Below the pieces are notes generated by a model. It had not been told where the DNA came from. It saw only the letters and a list, made by a program, of their open reading frames with translations, and made no database searches. A stretch of DNA of 64,000 nucleotides from Thermodesulfobium acidiphilum (GTDB lineage: Bacteria > Thermodesulfobiota > Thermodesulfobiia > Thermodesulfobiales > Thermodesulfobiaceae): the NCBI RefSeq assembly GCF_003057965.1, contig NZ_CP020921.1:732916-796915 (forward strand), in the 5' to 3' direction. Position 1 is the first letter of the stretch, and each line of letters begins with the position of its first letter. A program made the position numbers and the translations under genes. Of the stretch, positions 1 through 9,118 are shown piece by piece.

Positions 1-200
1 TAAAGGATTATAGAGGAATGGGCCTTCTTTGGGGGATCGATCCTGTGAAAAAGACAGAAGAAGTTTTTAATAGAGCGTTTGAATTAGGCCTTTTTGTTAA
101 TATGTTGGGGACTGATACCTTGAGAATTGCTCCACCTTTGATTATTTCAAATGAGGAATTTGAAAAGGGTTTGAATATTCTTGAGATAGCTTTAAAATAG
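1..200 (+). CDS. C-terminal end of a class III PLP aminotransferase (acetylornithine aminotransferase-like), truncated by window edge
   Basis: RGMGLLWGI...TLRIAPPLII motif typical of ArgD/class III aminotransferase C-termini. Confidence 0.75.
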   Translation, partial: KDYRGMGLLWGIDPVKKTEEVFNRAFELGLFVNMLGTDTLRIAPPLIISNEEFEKGLNILEIALK

Positions 201-215
201 ATATATAGACAATAA

Positions 216-255
216 AAAACACACCCTCTTTATAATTTCTTCGAGGGTGTGTTTT
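216..255. terminator. Bidirectional intrinsic terminator
   Basis: Inverted repeat AAAACACACCCTC / GAGGGTGTGTTTT between convergent genes. Confidence 0.75.
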
Positions 256-267
256 AAAATTCTAAGA

Positions 268-1437
268 TTAGAAAATCTCTGATAATCTCTTGATGCCGAC
301 CTCTATCATATCGTTTTGTGCATTAGAAAAATTTAATCTCATTGTGTTTTCTCCGCCACCATTGGCATAGAAGCAAAATCCCGGAACGTATGCTACGTTT
401 TTTTCAATAGCTTTAGTAAACAATTCTTTAGTATTATATTTTTCCTGTAATTGAACCCAGATAAATAATCCGCCCTCAGGTTTGGTCCAATCAGATCCCT
501 CTGGAAAATATTTTTCTATAGCATCTAACATCAATTTGCATCTTTCACCATAAATCTTCTTTATTTTTGGGATTTGGATGTCAAGAATGTTATTTTTACA
601 TAACTCATAAACTACCATGTGAATAAAAGGACTGGAGCAAAGATCTGTGCCTTGCTTTGCTTCAACTAATTTTATCATTATATTATCTGGTGCTACTATC
701 CAGCCAATTCTTACGCCGGGAGATAAAACTTTTGAAAAGGTGCCCAGATAAATTACGTTATCGTTAGTATCAAATGATTTTATAGGACTAAGGCTTTCTC
801 CTGTATATCTTAAATCTCCGTAAGGGTCGTCTTCAATTATTAAAGTGCCTGTTTTGTTTGCAACTTCAATCACTTCTTTTCTTCTATCAAGTGACAATGT
901 AACCCCTGCTGGATTGTGAAAATTTGGTAAAAGATAAACAAATTTTGGGTTGTATTTTTTTACTTTCTCTTCCAAAAAATTTGTTAAGGTGCCATTTTTA
1001 TCTATTGGTATGGTAATGAATTTTGTTTCATAGGCTGTAAATGCCTGTATTGCTCCAAGATATGAAGGTTCTTCTAAAAGAATATGATCACCAGGATCGC
1101 ACATTACCTTTGCTATCAGGTCAAGTGCTTGCTGAGATCCGTTGGTTAAAAGTATATTTTTTGCATTACATTTTATGCCCTTTTTTGAAAGATATGAAGC
1201 TAAAAATTCTCTTAGAGGAGGATATCCTTCGGTAATTGTATACTGCAGGGCCTGTATCCCATTATCTTTAAGAACCTTGTTTGATGCTTCTCTGAACTCT
1301 TCAACTGGAAAAGTTTCTGGACCTGGTAACCCACCAGCAAAGGATATTAAATCCTTTTTAGCTGTAAGTTTTAAAAGTTCTCTTATAACGGAGCTTTCAA
1401 ATAAATTTGTTCTTTTTGCCATCCTTTCATTCCACAT
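268..1437 (-). CDS. PLP-dependent aminotransferase class I (LysN/2-aminoadipate transaminase-like)
   Basis: ISFAGGLP, NFHNPAG, EDDPYGDL, GTFSKVLSPGVRIGW motifs; GGAGG RBS. Confidence 0.9.
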   Translation of the reverse strand: MWNERMAKRTNLFESSVIRELLKLTAKKDLISFAGGLPGPETFPVEEFREASNKVLKDNGIQALQYTITEGYPPLREFLASYLSKKGIKCNAKNILLTNGSQQALDLIAKVMCDPGDHILLEEPSYLGAIQAFTAYETKFITIPIDKNGTLTNFLEEKVKKYNPKFVYLLPNFHNPAGVTLSLDRRKEVIEVANKTGTLIIEDDPYGDLRYTGESLSPIKSFDTNDNVIYLGTFSKVLSPGVRIGWIVAPDNIMIKLVEAKQGTDLCSSPFIHMVVYELCKNNILDIQIPKIKKIYGERCKLMLDAIEKYFPEGSDWTKPEGGLFIWVQLQEKYNTKELFTKAIEKNVAYVPGFCFYANGGGENTMRLNFSNAQNDMIEVGIKRLSEIF

Positions 1438-1634
1438 TTAAAAACCTCCACCTGTTTATTTGGTATTTCTTTATACCCGATGGTAATAGTCAAATCAATA
1501 GATACATGACTTTATTATATTAGAAATTTTATAAAAAGGTAATTTTTTGTAATTAATATAATTTATTGCAGTTATATATATTATATAAATAAATGTTTTA
1601 TATACTTATTTTGGGAAACATAGAGAAAACCGTA

Positions 1635-1674
1635 TTGACAAACTATATATAGTGTGACAAACTATATATAGTTA
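1635..1674 (+). promoter_or_regulatory. Sigma70-type promoter overlapped by two NrdR boxes
   Basis: TTGACA (1635-1640), 17 bp, CAAACT (1658-1663) preceded by TG. AAACTATATATAGTGT (1640-1655) and AAACTATATATAGTTA (1659-1674) match the NrdR consensus acaCwAtATaTwGtgt. Confidence 0.8.
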
Positions 1675-1720
1675 TTACTTGAGTTTATTTTTTAAAAATT
1701 TAGAAAGAAGGGGTAGGAAG

Positions 1721-3997
1721 ATGAAATGTCCTTATTGTGATTCGAACGATTCTAAAGTTATCGACACTCGATTTGTAGAAGAAAGTGGTGTTATAAGAAG
1801 GAAGAGAGAATGCCTTTCTTGTGGGAAGAGGTTTGTTACCCATGAAATTTACGAAGAGGGTTCGAAAAAAAATATAGATAACAATTCTGATGAAACTGTA
1901 ATACTTTCTCCTGAATATGTAAAAAAGAGAGATGGCAGGGTTGTACCATTTGATATCTTTAGAATTGAAAGGGCAATTGCAAAAGCTTTCAAAGCTGTTG
2001 GAGAACACCTTGGTGCAGAAAAGGAATTAGCAGCTAGGGTTTCTAAGAAATTATATCGTCAATATAGAGAACAAGAAGTAGTAGATATTGAAAGGATTCA
2101 AGACGTTGTAGAAGAGGTCTTGATAGAAAATGGTTTTGCAAAAGTTGCAAAGGCTTATATTCTTTATAGAAGAAAGAGACAGGAAGCTAGAGAAAATCTT
2201 TCTTGTGCTGTGGATATAGAGCACATAATTCAAGACTATCTTCATCAGGAAGATTGGAGAACAAATGAAAACTCTAATACTACATACTCTTATCCGGGTT
2301 TAGTTCTTCACGCTGCTGGATCGGTCATGGCACATTATACTTTGAATCGTATTTATCCTGATGAAGTAAAAGATGCTCACGTAAACGCAGATATGCATAT
2401 TCACGATCTGTCCTATGGTATTACAGCTTATTGTGCAGGTTGGTCTCTGGAAGATCTTCTAAGAGAAGGGTTTGGAGGTGTTCCGGGTAAAGTCGCAGCA
2501 GGTCCAGCAAAACATCTCTCTGCTCTTACCGGGCAAATGGTTAATTTTCTTGGTACAATGCAGATGGAATTTGCAGGTGCACAGGCATTTAATTCTGTAG
2601 ATACATTTCTTGCACCTTTTGTAAGGGCTGATGATCTGGATTATAAGAATGTAAAACAGATAATTCAGCAGATGGTTTTTGCAATGAATGTGCCTTCCAG
2701 ATGGGGATCTCAACCTCCTTTTATTAACTTTACTTTTGATTGGACTGTTCCAGAAGACATGATGAACAGGCCTGTTATAATAGGAGGGAAAGAGTGCCCT
2801 GAATATGGCACTTACGGCGATTATCAGAAAGAAATGGATATGATAAATAGAGCATACATAGAAGTAATGCTGGAAGGCGATTATGATGGAAGAATATTTT
2901 CATTCCCAATTCCTACATACAACATTACTAATAACTTTCCCTGGGAAAGCGAGAATACAGATCTATTATTTGATTTAACGGCAAAATATGGCGTTCCATA
3001 TTTTCAAAATTTTATAAACTCTGATCTTAAGCCTTCAGATATTAGAAGCATGTGTTGTAGACTACAGCTAGATCTAAAAGAACTCAGGAAAAGGTGTGGA
3101 GGACTTTTTGGTTCTGGAGATAAAACTGGATCAATAGGTGTAGTAACTATCAATCTGCCTAGGATTGGATATCTTTCTAAGAGCGAAAGCGAATTTTTTG
3201 CAAGACTTGATAAGGTTATGAACCTTGCAAAAACTTCTCTTGAGATAAAGAGAAAGGTAGTGGAAAGAAATCTTAAGAATGGCTTGTTGCCGTATACCAG
3301 AAGATATCTAGGCTCATTTTCTAATCACTTTTCTACAATTGGCCTTGTAGGGATGAATGAAGCTTGCTTAAATTTCTTGGGAGCATCTATTGCTACCGAG
3401 AAGGGGAAGAGTTTTGCTATCAAAGTTCTAAAACATATGAGAGAAAAATTAGCTAGCTATCAAGAAGAGACTGGTAATTTATATAATTTGGAGGCCACTC
3501 CTGCAGAAGGAACATCTTATAGACTTGCAAGGCATGACAAGAAAAAATATCCTGATATTATTACCTCAGGAGAAAGTGAACCGTATTATACGAATTCAAC
3601 TCATTTACCGGTAAATTATACAGAAGATCCGTTTGAGGTAATGGATCACCAGGAGGAATTACAAAAGCTTTATACAGGAGGCACAGTTATTCACACATTT
3701 TTGCCAGAGTCTCCTACTCCTGAAGCTGCAAAACAATTTATAAAGAAGGCATTTGAAAATTACTCTTTCCCTTATCTTACGCTTACGCCTACCTTTTCTA
3801 TATGTCCAACCCATGGATATATTGCAGGAGAACACTTTGTTTGTCCAAAGTGCAATCAAGAAACAGAGGTATATTCAAGGGTGGTAGGGTATTATAGACC
3901 TGTAAGGATGTGGAACAAGGGAAAGAAAGAAGAGTTTAGAAATAGAGTAGAGTATGATATTAACAAATATTCTATTCATAGATTGGTAGTAAGATAA
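1721..3997 (+). CDS. nrdD: Anaerobic (class III) ribonucleoside-triphosphate reductase with N-terminal NrdR-like zinc ribbon and ATP cone
   Basis: MKCPYC...IRRKRECLSCGKRF zinc ribbon; VKKRDG ATP cone; YCAGW, SMCCRL, ATPAEG, CPTHG/CPKC and YSRVVGYYRPV glycyl-radical loop; ATG at 1721 after a purine-rich RBS. Confidence 0.95.
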   Translation: MKCPYCDSNDSKVIDTRFVEESGVIRRKRECLSCGKRFVTHEIYEEGSKKNIDNNSDETVILSPEYVKKRDGRVVPFDIFRIERAIAKAFKAVGEHLGAEKELAARVSKKLYRQYREQEVVDIERIQDVVEEVLIENGFAKVAKAYILYRRKRQEARENLSCAVDIEHIIQDYLHQEDWRTNENSNTTYSYPGLVLHAAGSVMAHYTLNRIYPDEVKDAHVNADMHIHDLSYGITAYCAGWSLEDLLREGFGGVPGKVAAGPAKHLSALTGQMVNFLGTMQMEFAGAQAFNSVDTFLAPFVRADDLDYKNVKQIIQQMVFAMNVPSRWGSQPPFINFTFDWTVPEDMMNRPVIIGGKECPEYGTYGDYQKEMDMINRAYIEVMLEGDYDGRIFSFPIPTYNITNNFPWESENTDLLFDLTAKYGVPYFQNFINSDLKPSDIRSMCCRLQLDLKELRKRCGGLFGSGDKTGSIGVVTINLPRIGYLSKSESEFFARLDKVMNLAKTSLEIKRKVVERNLKNGLLPYTRRYLGSFSNHFSTIGLVGMNEACLNFLGASIATEKGKSFAIKVLKHMREKLASYQEETGNLYNLEATPAEGTSYRLARHDKKKYPDIITSGESEPYYTNSTHLPVNYTEDPFEVMDHQEELQKLYTGGTVIHTFLPESPTPEAAKQFIKKAFENYSFPYLTLTPTFSICPTHGYIAGEHFVCPKCNQETEVYSRVVGYYRPVRMWNKGKKEEFRNRVEYDINKYSIHRLVVR

Positions 3998-3999
3998 AT

Positions 4000-4689
4000 T
4001 TGTTTAAAGGGTGGATTAAACTCTCTTTTATAGATTATCCTGATAAGCTTTCTACTGTTCTTTTTACTGAAGGCTGTAACTTTAGATGTCCATATTGTCA
4101 TAATTTTGATCTTGTTTTGCCCAACAACTTAGAGGTTATTAACATTGAAAAAATTCTAAATTTTCTTGAAAAAAGAAAAAGAAAAATAGATGCAGTGGTT
4201 ATATCTGGTGGAGAGCCCTTCCTACACGGTAAAGAATTAGAGGATTTTGTAAAGAAAGCTAGGATAATGGATTTTTTAATTAAAATTGATACAAATGGTT
4301 CTTTTCCTGAAAAGGTTTTTGATTGGGACAGAAGAGGTCTGGTGGATTTTTGGGCAGTTGATTTTAAGGTACCATTTGAAAAATATGATTTGGTACAGGG
4401 GAATGGAGAAAAAACGAAAATTACCATTCGTTATCTATTAGAAAAGGATACTCCCTCAACTTATGAACTTCGCACTACGATTTTTCCAAGATTTCATAGT
4501 ATTGAAGTTTTAACGAAGATGCTATTTGAGATTGAAGGAGCTACTATGTGGTATTGGCAAAATTTTAGAAATGACAGAACGCTTGATGAAAGTGCGGCTT
4601 TGGTTGAGCCTTATAGCAAAGACTTATTGAACGAGTGGAAAAGTAGATTGGATGTATTTAAAAAAGTTGGCAAGATTATAATTAGATAG
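4000..4689 (+). CDS. nrdG: Anaerobic RNR activating enzyme (radical SAM)
   Basis: GCNFRCPYCHN CxxxCxxC, SGGEP, KIDTNGS; immediately follows nrdD. Confidence 0.92.
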   Translation: MFKGWIKLSFIDYPDKLSTVLFTEGCNFRCPYCHNFDLVLPNNLEVINIEKILNFLEKRKRKIDAVVISGGEPFLHGKELEDFVKKARIMDFLIKIDTNGSFPEKVFDWDRRGLVDFWAVDFKVPFEKYDLVQGNGEKTKITIRYLLEKDTPSTYELRTTIFPRFHSIEVLTKMLFEIEGATMWYWQNFRNDRTLDESAALVEPYSKDLLNEWKSRLDVFKKVGKIIIR

Positions 4690-4698
4690 TTTTTATCT

Positions 4699-4730
4699 AC
4701 AATTCAGGGTGTTATGCCCTGAATTGTTTA
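4699..4730. terminator. Intrinsic terminator hairpin between convergent genes
   Basis: ACAATTCAGGG / CCCTGAATTGT inverted repeat. Confidence 0.7.
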
Positions 4731-5354
4731 TTTTGGAACGCCGTTTATTGTGTATGTCCAGGAAGGAATTTCAAACGTAGATGAGGGGATTTCTCTTCCA
4801 ACAGAGATGTCGGTAATTACGACAGTTGTATCTCCTTTGGGGGATTGGATGTATATTTTTCTTATCCATGAAGTATAGTCCTCTATCCAGACAGTAAAAT
4901 TTAGATTCTCTCTGCTAAACGTATATACATGACAGGGCCCAATATTTAGCGTATCAGTTCCCTCTAGTGTAGCTGATGATGCAATTTGACCCCCTTCTGT
5001 AGGGAAGAATAGATAATTAAAAGTTCTATCGGCATATTTTTCAAGATCTTTTCTTGACATTAAGTACGCTATATGAAGGAGATGAGAGTTAAAAAAGTAC
5101 TGGTTATCTGCAACATTTATCACAGCGCTGCCGTCTCCGATAATAAATGGTCCGTCAACTCTAACTTTATCTTTAGTTGCCCATACCTGAAAGGTCCCAT
5201 TTATTCTGTATCCTGAAATTTGTAAAACGAACGTCTGAGGTTCAATAGAGTCAAGCACAGAGATGACCCTGTTTACATCAGCATAAGAACTGTTTCCTGA
5301 TGATAATACAATGGGTAAAACAAAAAGTAAAAAAAAGAATTTTAAAAATTTCAT
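4728..5354 (-). CDS. Exported protein, possible LolA-like fold
   Basis: Signal peptide; KVRVD and IPSSTFEIP patterns resembling LolA-like proteins; AGGAGG RBS. Confidence 0.6.
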   Translation of the reverse strand: MKFLKFFFLLFVLPIVLSSGNSSYADVNRVISVLDSIEPQTFVLQISGYRINGTFQVWATKDKVRVDGPFIIGDGSAVINVADNQYFFNSHLLHIAYLMSRKDLEKYADRTFNYLFFPTEGGQIASSATLEGTDTLNIGPCHVYTFSRENLNFTVWIEDYTSWIRKIYIQSPKGDTTVVITDISVGREIPSSTFEIPSWTYTINGVPK

Positions 5355-5384
5355 TTTTCCTCCTGAATTTTAATGTGGTGCAAC

Positions 5385-5972
5385 TTAAAGTGTAAGGTTT
5401 CTAAAATTCATATTGTCATTCCACATTTTATTAAAATAGTCCTCACATTTTTTTGCGAAAGCTGGATCTTTTATAACCACAAACATTTCATCATTAGTAT
5501 CAGTTGCAGATTTTGTATAATTGTAGCTTCCTGTAGTGGCTATAGAATCGTCTATTATACTCATTTTTAGATGCATAAGCCCGGTATGGGTATTTACTTT
5601 AACAGGAATTTTATCAATTAAAAGAGTATTAACGGCGTGTTTCATTACATTGTTATTTGCTTGCTCTCTGTCAACTATTACCCTTACTTCAACACCTCTT
5701 TTTTTGGCATTAGTCAACGCTTTTAAAATTTCTGGTTGTGTAAAACTGTATATTGCAACATCAATCTTTTTCTTTGCACTGTTATAAAGGTTAACTAGAA
5801 CTGGTACAGGATTCTCATTTTCTCTTGGAAATAATAATTCAACCGACTTTGAGCTTATTTCTTTTTTTGGTTGTGCTGGGGGATTGATATTCCCATTAGT
5901 TACAGGATTGTTGCAACCTGATAAAATAAAAACAAAAAGTAAAGGGAATAAAATGCTTGCTATTCTTTTCAT
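5385..5972 (-). CDS. Phospholipase D/Nuc-like lipoprotein (single HKD motif)
   Basis: Lipobox LSGC; HLKMSIIDD...TGSYNYT...NDE. Confidence 0.88.
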   Translation of the reverse strand: MKRIASILFPLLFVFILSGCNNPVTNGNINPPAQPKKEISSKSVELLFPRENENPVPVLVNLYNSAKKKIDVAIYSFTQPEILKALTNAKKRGVEVRVIVDREQANNNVMKHAVNTLLIDKIPVKVNTHTGLMHLKMSIIDDSIATTGSYNYTKSATDTNDEMFVVIKDPAFAKKCEDYFNKMWNDNMNFRNLTL

Positions 5973-6096
5973 TTTTTTCTCCTAAAATTTATATAACTAA
6001 ATTTTTTAGCAACTTTTAAATTATAATATCTAATTATATTTTTTGCTAATTAAAGAAAAATTAGACTTTTTTTAGCTTTTTTGGAGGTATTTATTT

Positions 6097-6834
6097 ATGG
6101 AGTTTGCTTTTGTTGTTATTTGCGGTGCTGTGTTTGGCAGCTTTTTAAATATGCTCATTTATAGACTTCCCAGAGAACAGTCAATACTACGTCCGCCATC
6201 TCGATGTCCTAAGTGTGGCAATTCTCTAAAATGGTATATGAATATTCCTATTTTGTCATATATATTTTTAGGTGGAAAATGTTTTTATTGTAAAGAGACC
6301 ATACCAATAAGATATCTGATAGTAGAAATTCTAGAAGTTATGATTTTTTTAGTATGTTATTTGGATTGGGGGATTAGTTTGGAGTTTCTTTTACATGCCT
6401 GGTTTTTTACCGCTTCGCTTGGGATATTTTTTACTGATCTTGAAACTCTTTTGATCCCAGATTCCTTTTCCTTGCTATCTTTGATTCCTGCTATTGGGAT
6501 TGCTGCTCTTCGAGGTAATCTTATAGAGTCATTTATTGTCGCTGCTGGAGTATTTTTACTCTTTTATGGGGTTTCTATAGTTACAAATGGTGGGATGGGG
6601 GGAGGAGATACAAAATATTCTATCTCAATGTCTTGCTTTTTAGGAGTGTTTCATTCCTTTTTTGGTTTTTTTATGGCATTTTTCCTTGGTAGTATAATTG
6701 GTATTGTTTTTAGGATCCTTGGTATTATTAAGAGGGGTGAACCTATACCCTTTGGTCCATTTTTAGTGCTTGGCTGTATAATTTCATATGGATTTGGAGA
6801 TTATTTTATCCGTTTATATCTTTCTTTATTCTAA
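6097..6834 (+). CDS. pilD: Type IV prepilin peptidase/N-methyltransferase
   Basis: GSFLN..IYRLP, CPKC/CFYC zinc motif, GMGGGDTK, IPFGPFL. Confidence 0.92.
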   Translation: MEFAFVVICGAVFGSFLNMLIYRLPREQSILRPPSRCPKCGNSLKWYMNIPILSYIFLGGKCFYCKETIPIRYLIVEILEVMIFLVCYLDWGISLEFLLHAWFFTASLGIFFTDLETLLIPDSFSLLSLIPAIGIAALRGNLIESFIVAAGVFLLFYGVSIVTNGGMGGGDTKYSISMSCFLGVFHSFFGFFMAFFLGSIIGIVFRILGIIKRGEPIPFGPFLVLGCIISYGFGDYFIRLYLSLF

Positions 6835-7391
6835 AGCCTATTAGGATCAAGCCAGTAGTTTGCAATACCAATGCAAAATTTTACAGAAAAGTGAGCTATT
6901 ATGGGAGCTGTGATAGTGTTTGTATAGTTATACAAAAGTCCAAAGCAAAGTCCTAAAAATGCAAGGTACATTGCATTTGCCATGCCTTTGTTGGTCCATT
7001 CTGACATGTGAAACAATCCAAATACTAAAGCAGCAAAAGGGACGTCGAAAAGTCTTTGTAAAAGACCTCTAAAAAAGATTTCTTCGCAGAATGAAGACAG
7101 CATAGCAAGATAGAAAATTTCAAGTGCCCCAATATCTCTGAATACAAAAGATTGTATTTGATTTCCCATATCTTTAATAAAATCAAATTTTCTGCCAAGA
7201 AAGTATGTAAGAATAAAAAGAGAACCGCCTATGGTTGTGGAAATAAATATTACTGTTTTAGTTGTACTGAAGTAAATTGGTTGATCAAGAAATCTAAGAG
7301 CAAGAATTGCAACTATTGCAAACATTAGTTCGCTAACAGTTAGTAGGAGAATCTTTAATTCTTCTGATTTTTCTATATCATTATGATCCAT
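6831..7391 (-). CDS. CPBP (CAAX/Abi) intramembrane glutamic endopeptidase
   Basis: EEIFFRG, FGLFH, PIIAH motifs. Confidence 0.88.
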   Translation of the reverse strand: MDHNDIEKSEELKILLLTVSELMFAIVAILALRFLDQPIYFSTTKTVIFISTTIGGSLFILTYFLGRKFDFIKDMGNQIQSFVFRDIGALEIFYLAMLSSFCEEIFFRGLLQRLFDVPFAALVFGLFHMSEWTNKGMANAMYLAFLGLCFGLLYNYTNTITAPIIAHFSVKFCIGIANYWLDPNRL

Positions 7392-7475
7392 AACAAAATT
7401 ATATTTTACTATATAATAAATTTAACTGTTAACATAAAAACTATTTTTTTGTAGAGTTTTTTATTTCAAAAATAA

Positions 7476-8927
7476 TTAATATGCTCCTTCTCTTTTAATT
7501 ACTGCTGAAAAGGTTTTAAATAATATTTCTAAATCAAGCCATACAGACCAATTTAAAATGTACCATACGTCAATGTTTAACCTCTCATTGAAATTAAGCT
7601 CACTTCTGCCAGAAATCTGCCACAAACCTGTGATCCCTGGGACCGTGAGAAATATTGTTTCTTTATAGTCTTGCATTTCATAAACTTCGGAAAATAAGTA
7701 TGGTCTTGGACCCACAAGACTCATTTCACCTTTTATGACATTAAAAATTTGAGGGAGTTCATCAAGAGAAGTTTTTCTAAGAAATCTGCCAAATTTTGTA
7801 ACTCTTGGATCAAAGCCTTTAATTTTTTTAAACTTTTGCCATTCTAATTTTTTCTCAGGGTATTTATTAAGATAGTCATTTAATACCTCGTCAGAATTTA
7901 ATACCATCGATCTGAATTTTATACACTTGAATGGTTTGCCGTGTTTTCCAACGCGCTCTTGAATAAAAAATACAGGTCCTTTTGAATCTCTTTTTATTAA
8001 TAAAGCTATTATAATTATAATAGGTATGATTAACCACGATGCAGCCAAACACAATGCTAAATCAAATAGTCTTTTTATAATCTGATTAATTTTGGATTTT
8101 AAATTGTTCTTTATGCTGATTAAAAATAATCTTTGATCAAAGAGAGTTAATAATTCAGAATTTAGAAGCGCAACTCCTTTGAAATCCGGGACTACTATGA
8201 CCTTATTTACCAATAGTTGTACTTTGCCAACAAGTTTCGAAGATGATTGAGCATCAAGAGATGGTATAGCTATTATAATAGTCGAAATACTTAATTTTTT
8301 CACAAATTTTTTAAAGTGAACGATGCCGCCGAAAACTTTATAGTTTTTGCCGCATATTTCTAGCAAATTTCCCCATTTTTCCCTGTCGTCATCCAAAAAA
8401 CCTACCAGATGATATCCTAAATATTTATCGCTTATCAAACCAGAAGCGCTATCTTTTGCGGTTTTTCCTGCTCCTAAAAATAGTATTCTCTCTTTAAAAA
8501 AATCAAAGTTGAACAAAGTTAATTTTACTGCGAGTCTTATCAGAGGGAACAAGAAAAGGCTAATTAGCCAAAATAGTATAAGTACACCTCTTGAAACCTC
8601 ATCAAGAAGCTTCCCTAAAGATACCATAGCAAATATCAAAACTGAATTTAAAGTAAGAATCTTAATTAAGTTTGATGCCTCAATCCAAAAAGGCAATCTT
8701 TTTGTGTAAAGGTTTGTTGCCCATATAAGGACTATTGTTATAGTAGGCATCCACCACATTTTTATGAAAGAAGAAAATGGAAATGACATAGGAACAAGTT
8801 TTCCAGGTAAAAGGTAGAAAAGAATATATCTAATCTCATAAGCCAAAAATAAACTTAGATAAAAGGAGAAAAGATCTGCAAACATTAAAATTATTATTAG
8901 TATAATGTTACCTTTAAAAATTTTCAT
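7476..8927 (-). CDS. wbaP: Undecaprenyl-phosphate sugar phosphotransferase (WbaP-like)
   Basis: N-terminal TM helices, GFLDDD, KRLFD, KFRSM, DPRVT, SLDELPQ, PGITGLWQISGRS; start 8927 or 8960 uncertain. Confidence 0.88.
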   Translation of the reverse strand: MKIFKGNIILIIILMFADLFSFYLSLFLAYEIRYILFYLLPGKLVPMSFPFSSFIKMWWMPTITIVLIWATNLYTKRLPFWIEASNLIKILTLNSVLIFAMVSLGKLLDEVSRGVLILFWLISLFLFPLIRLAVKLTLFNFDFFKERILFLGAGKTAKDSASGLISDKYLGYHLVGFLDDDREKWGNLLEICGKNYKVFGGIVHFKKFVKKLSISTIIIAIPSLDAQSSSKLVGKVQLLVNKVIVVPDFKGVALLNSELLTLFDQRLFLISIKNNLKSKINQIIKRLFDLALCLAASWLIIPIIIIIALLIKRDSKGPVFFIQERVGKHGKPFKCIKFRSMVLNSDEVLNDYLNKYPEKKLEWQKFKKIKGFDPRVTKFGRFLRKTSLDELPQIFNVIKGEMSLVGPRPYLFSEVYEMQDYKETIFLTVPGITGLWQISGRSELNFNERLNIDVWYILNWSVWLDLEILFKTFSAVIKREGAY

Positions 8928-9118
8928 AAGAATATTATAAACCCTACATAAAACAATCATAAATTTTACATATTTTACATATTATATATATATAATCTGA
9001 TTCGGGAAAGATAACTGGAATACCAATGTTATACAATTCTGAACTTTTCAATAATTTAAATTATACAATTTTATAAATTTGGTTTTACAATATATTAAAT
9101 ATGTTTTTGGAGGTATTT

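Noticed and set aside
1636-1672. Direct repeat as a CRISPR or iteron array
   Set aside because: Only two copies with a 1-bp gap and no cas or rep genes; better explained as NrdR boxes
1679-1720. Upstream TTG start for nrdD given in the ORF track
   Set aside because: No RBS and it lies right after the promoter; ATG 1721 has an RBS and matches the NrdR-type MxCPxC start
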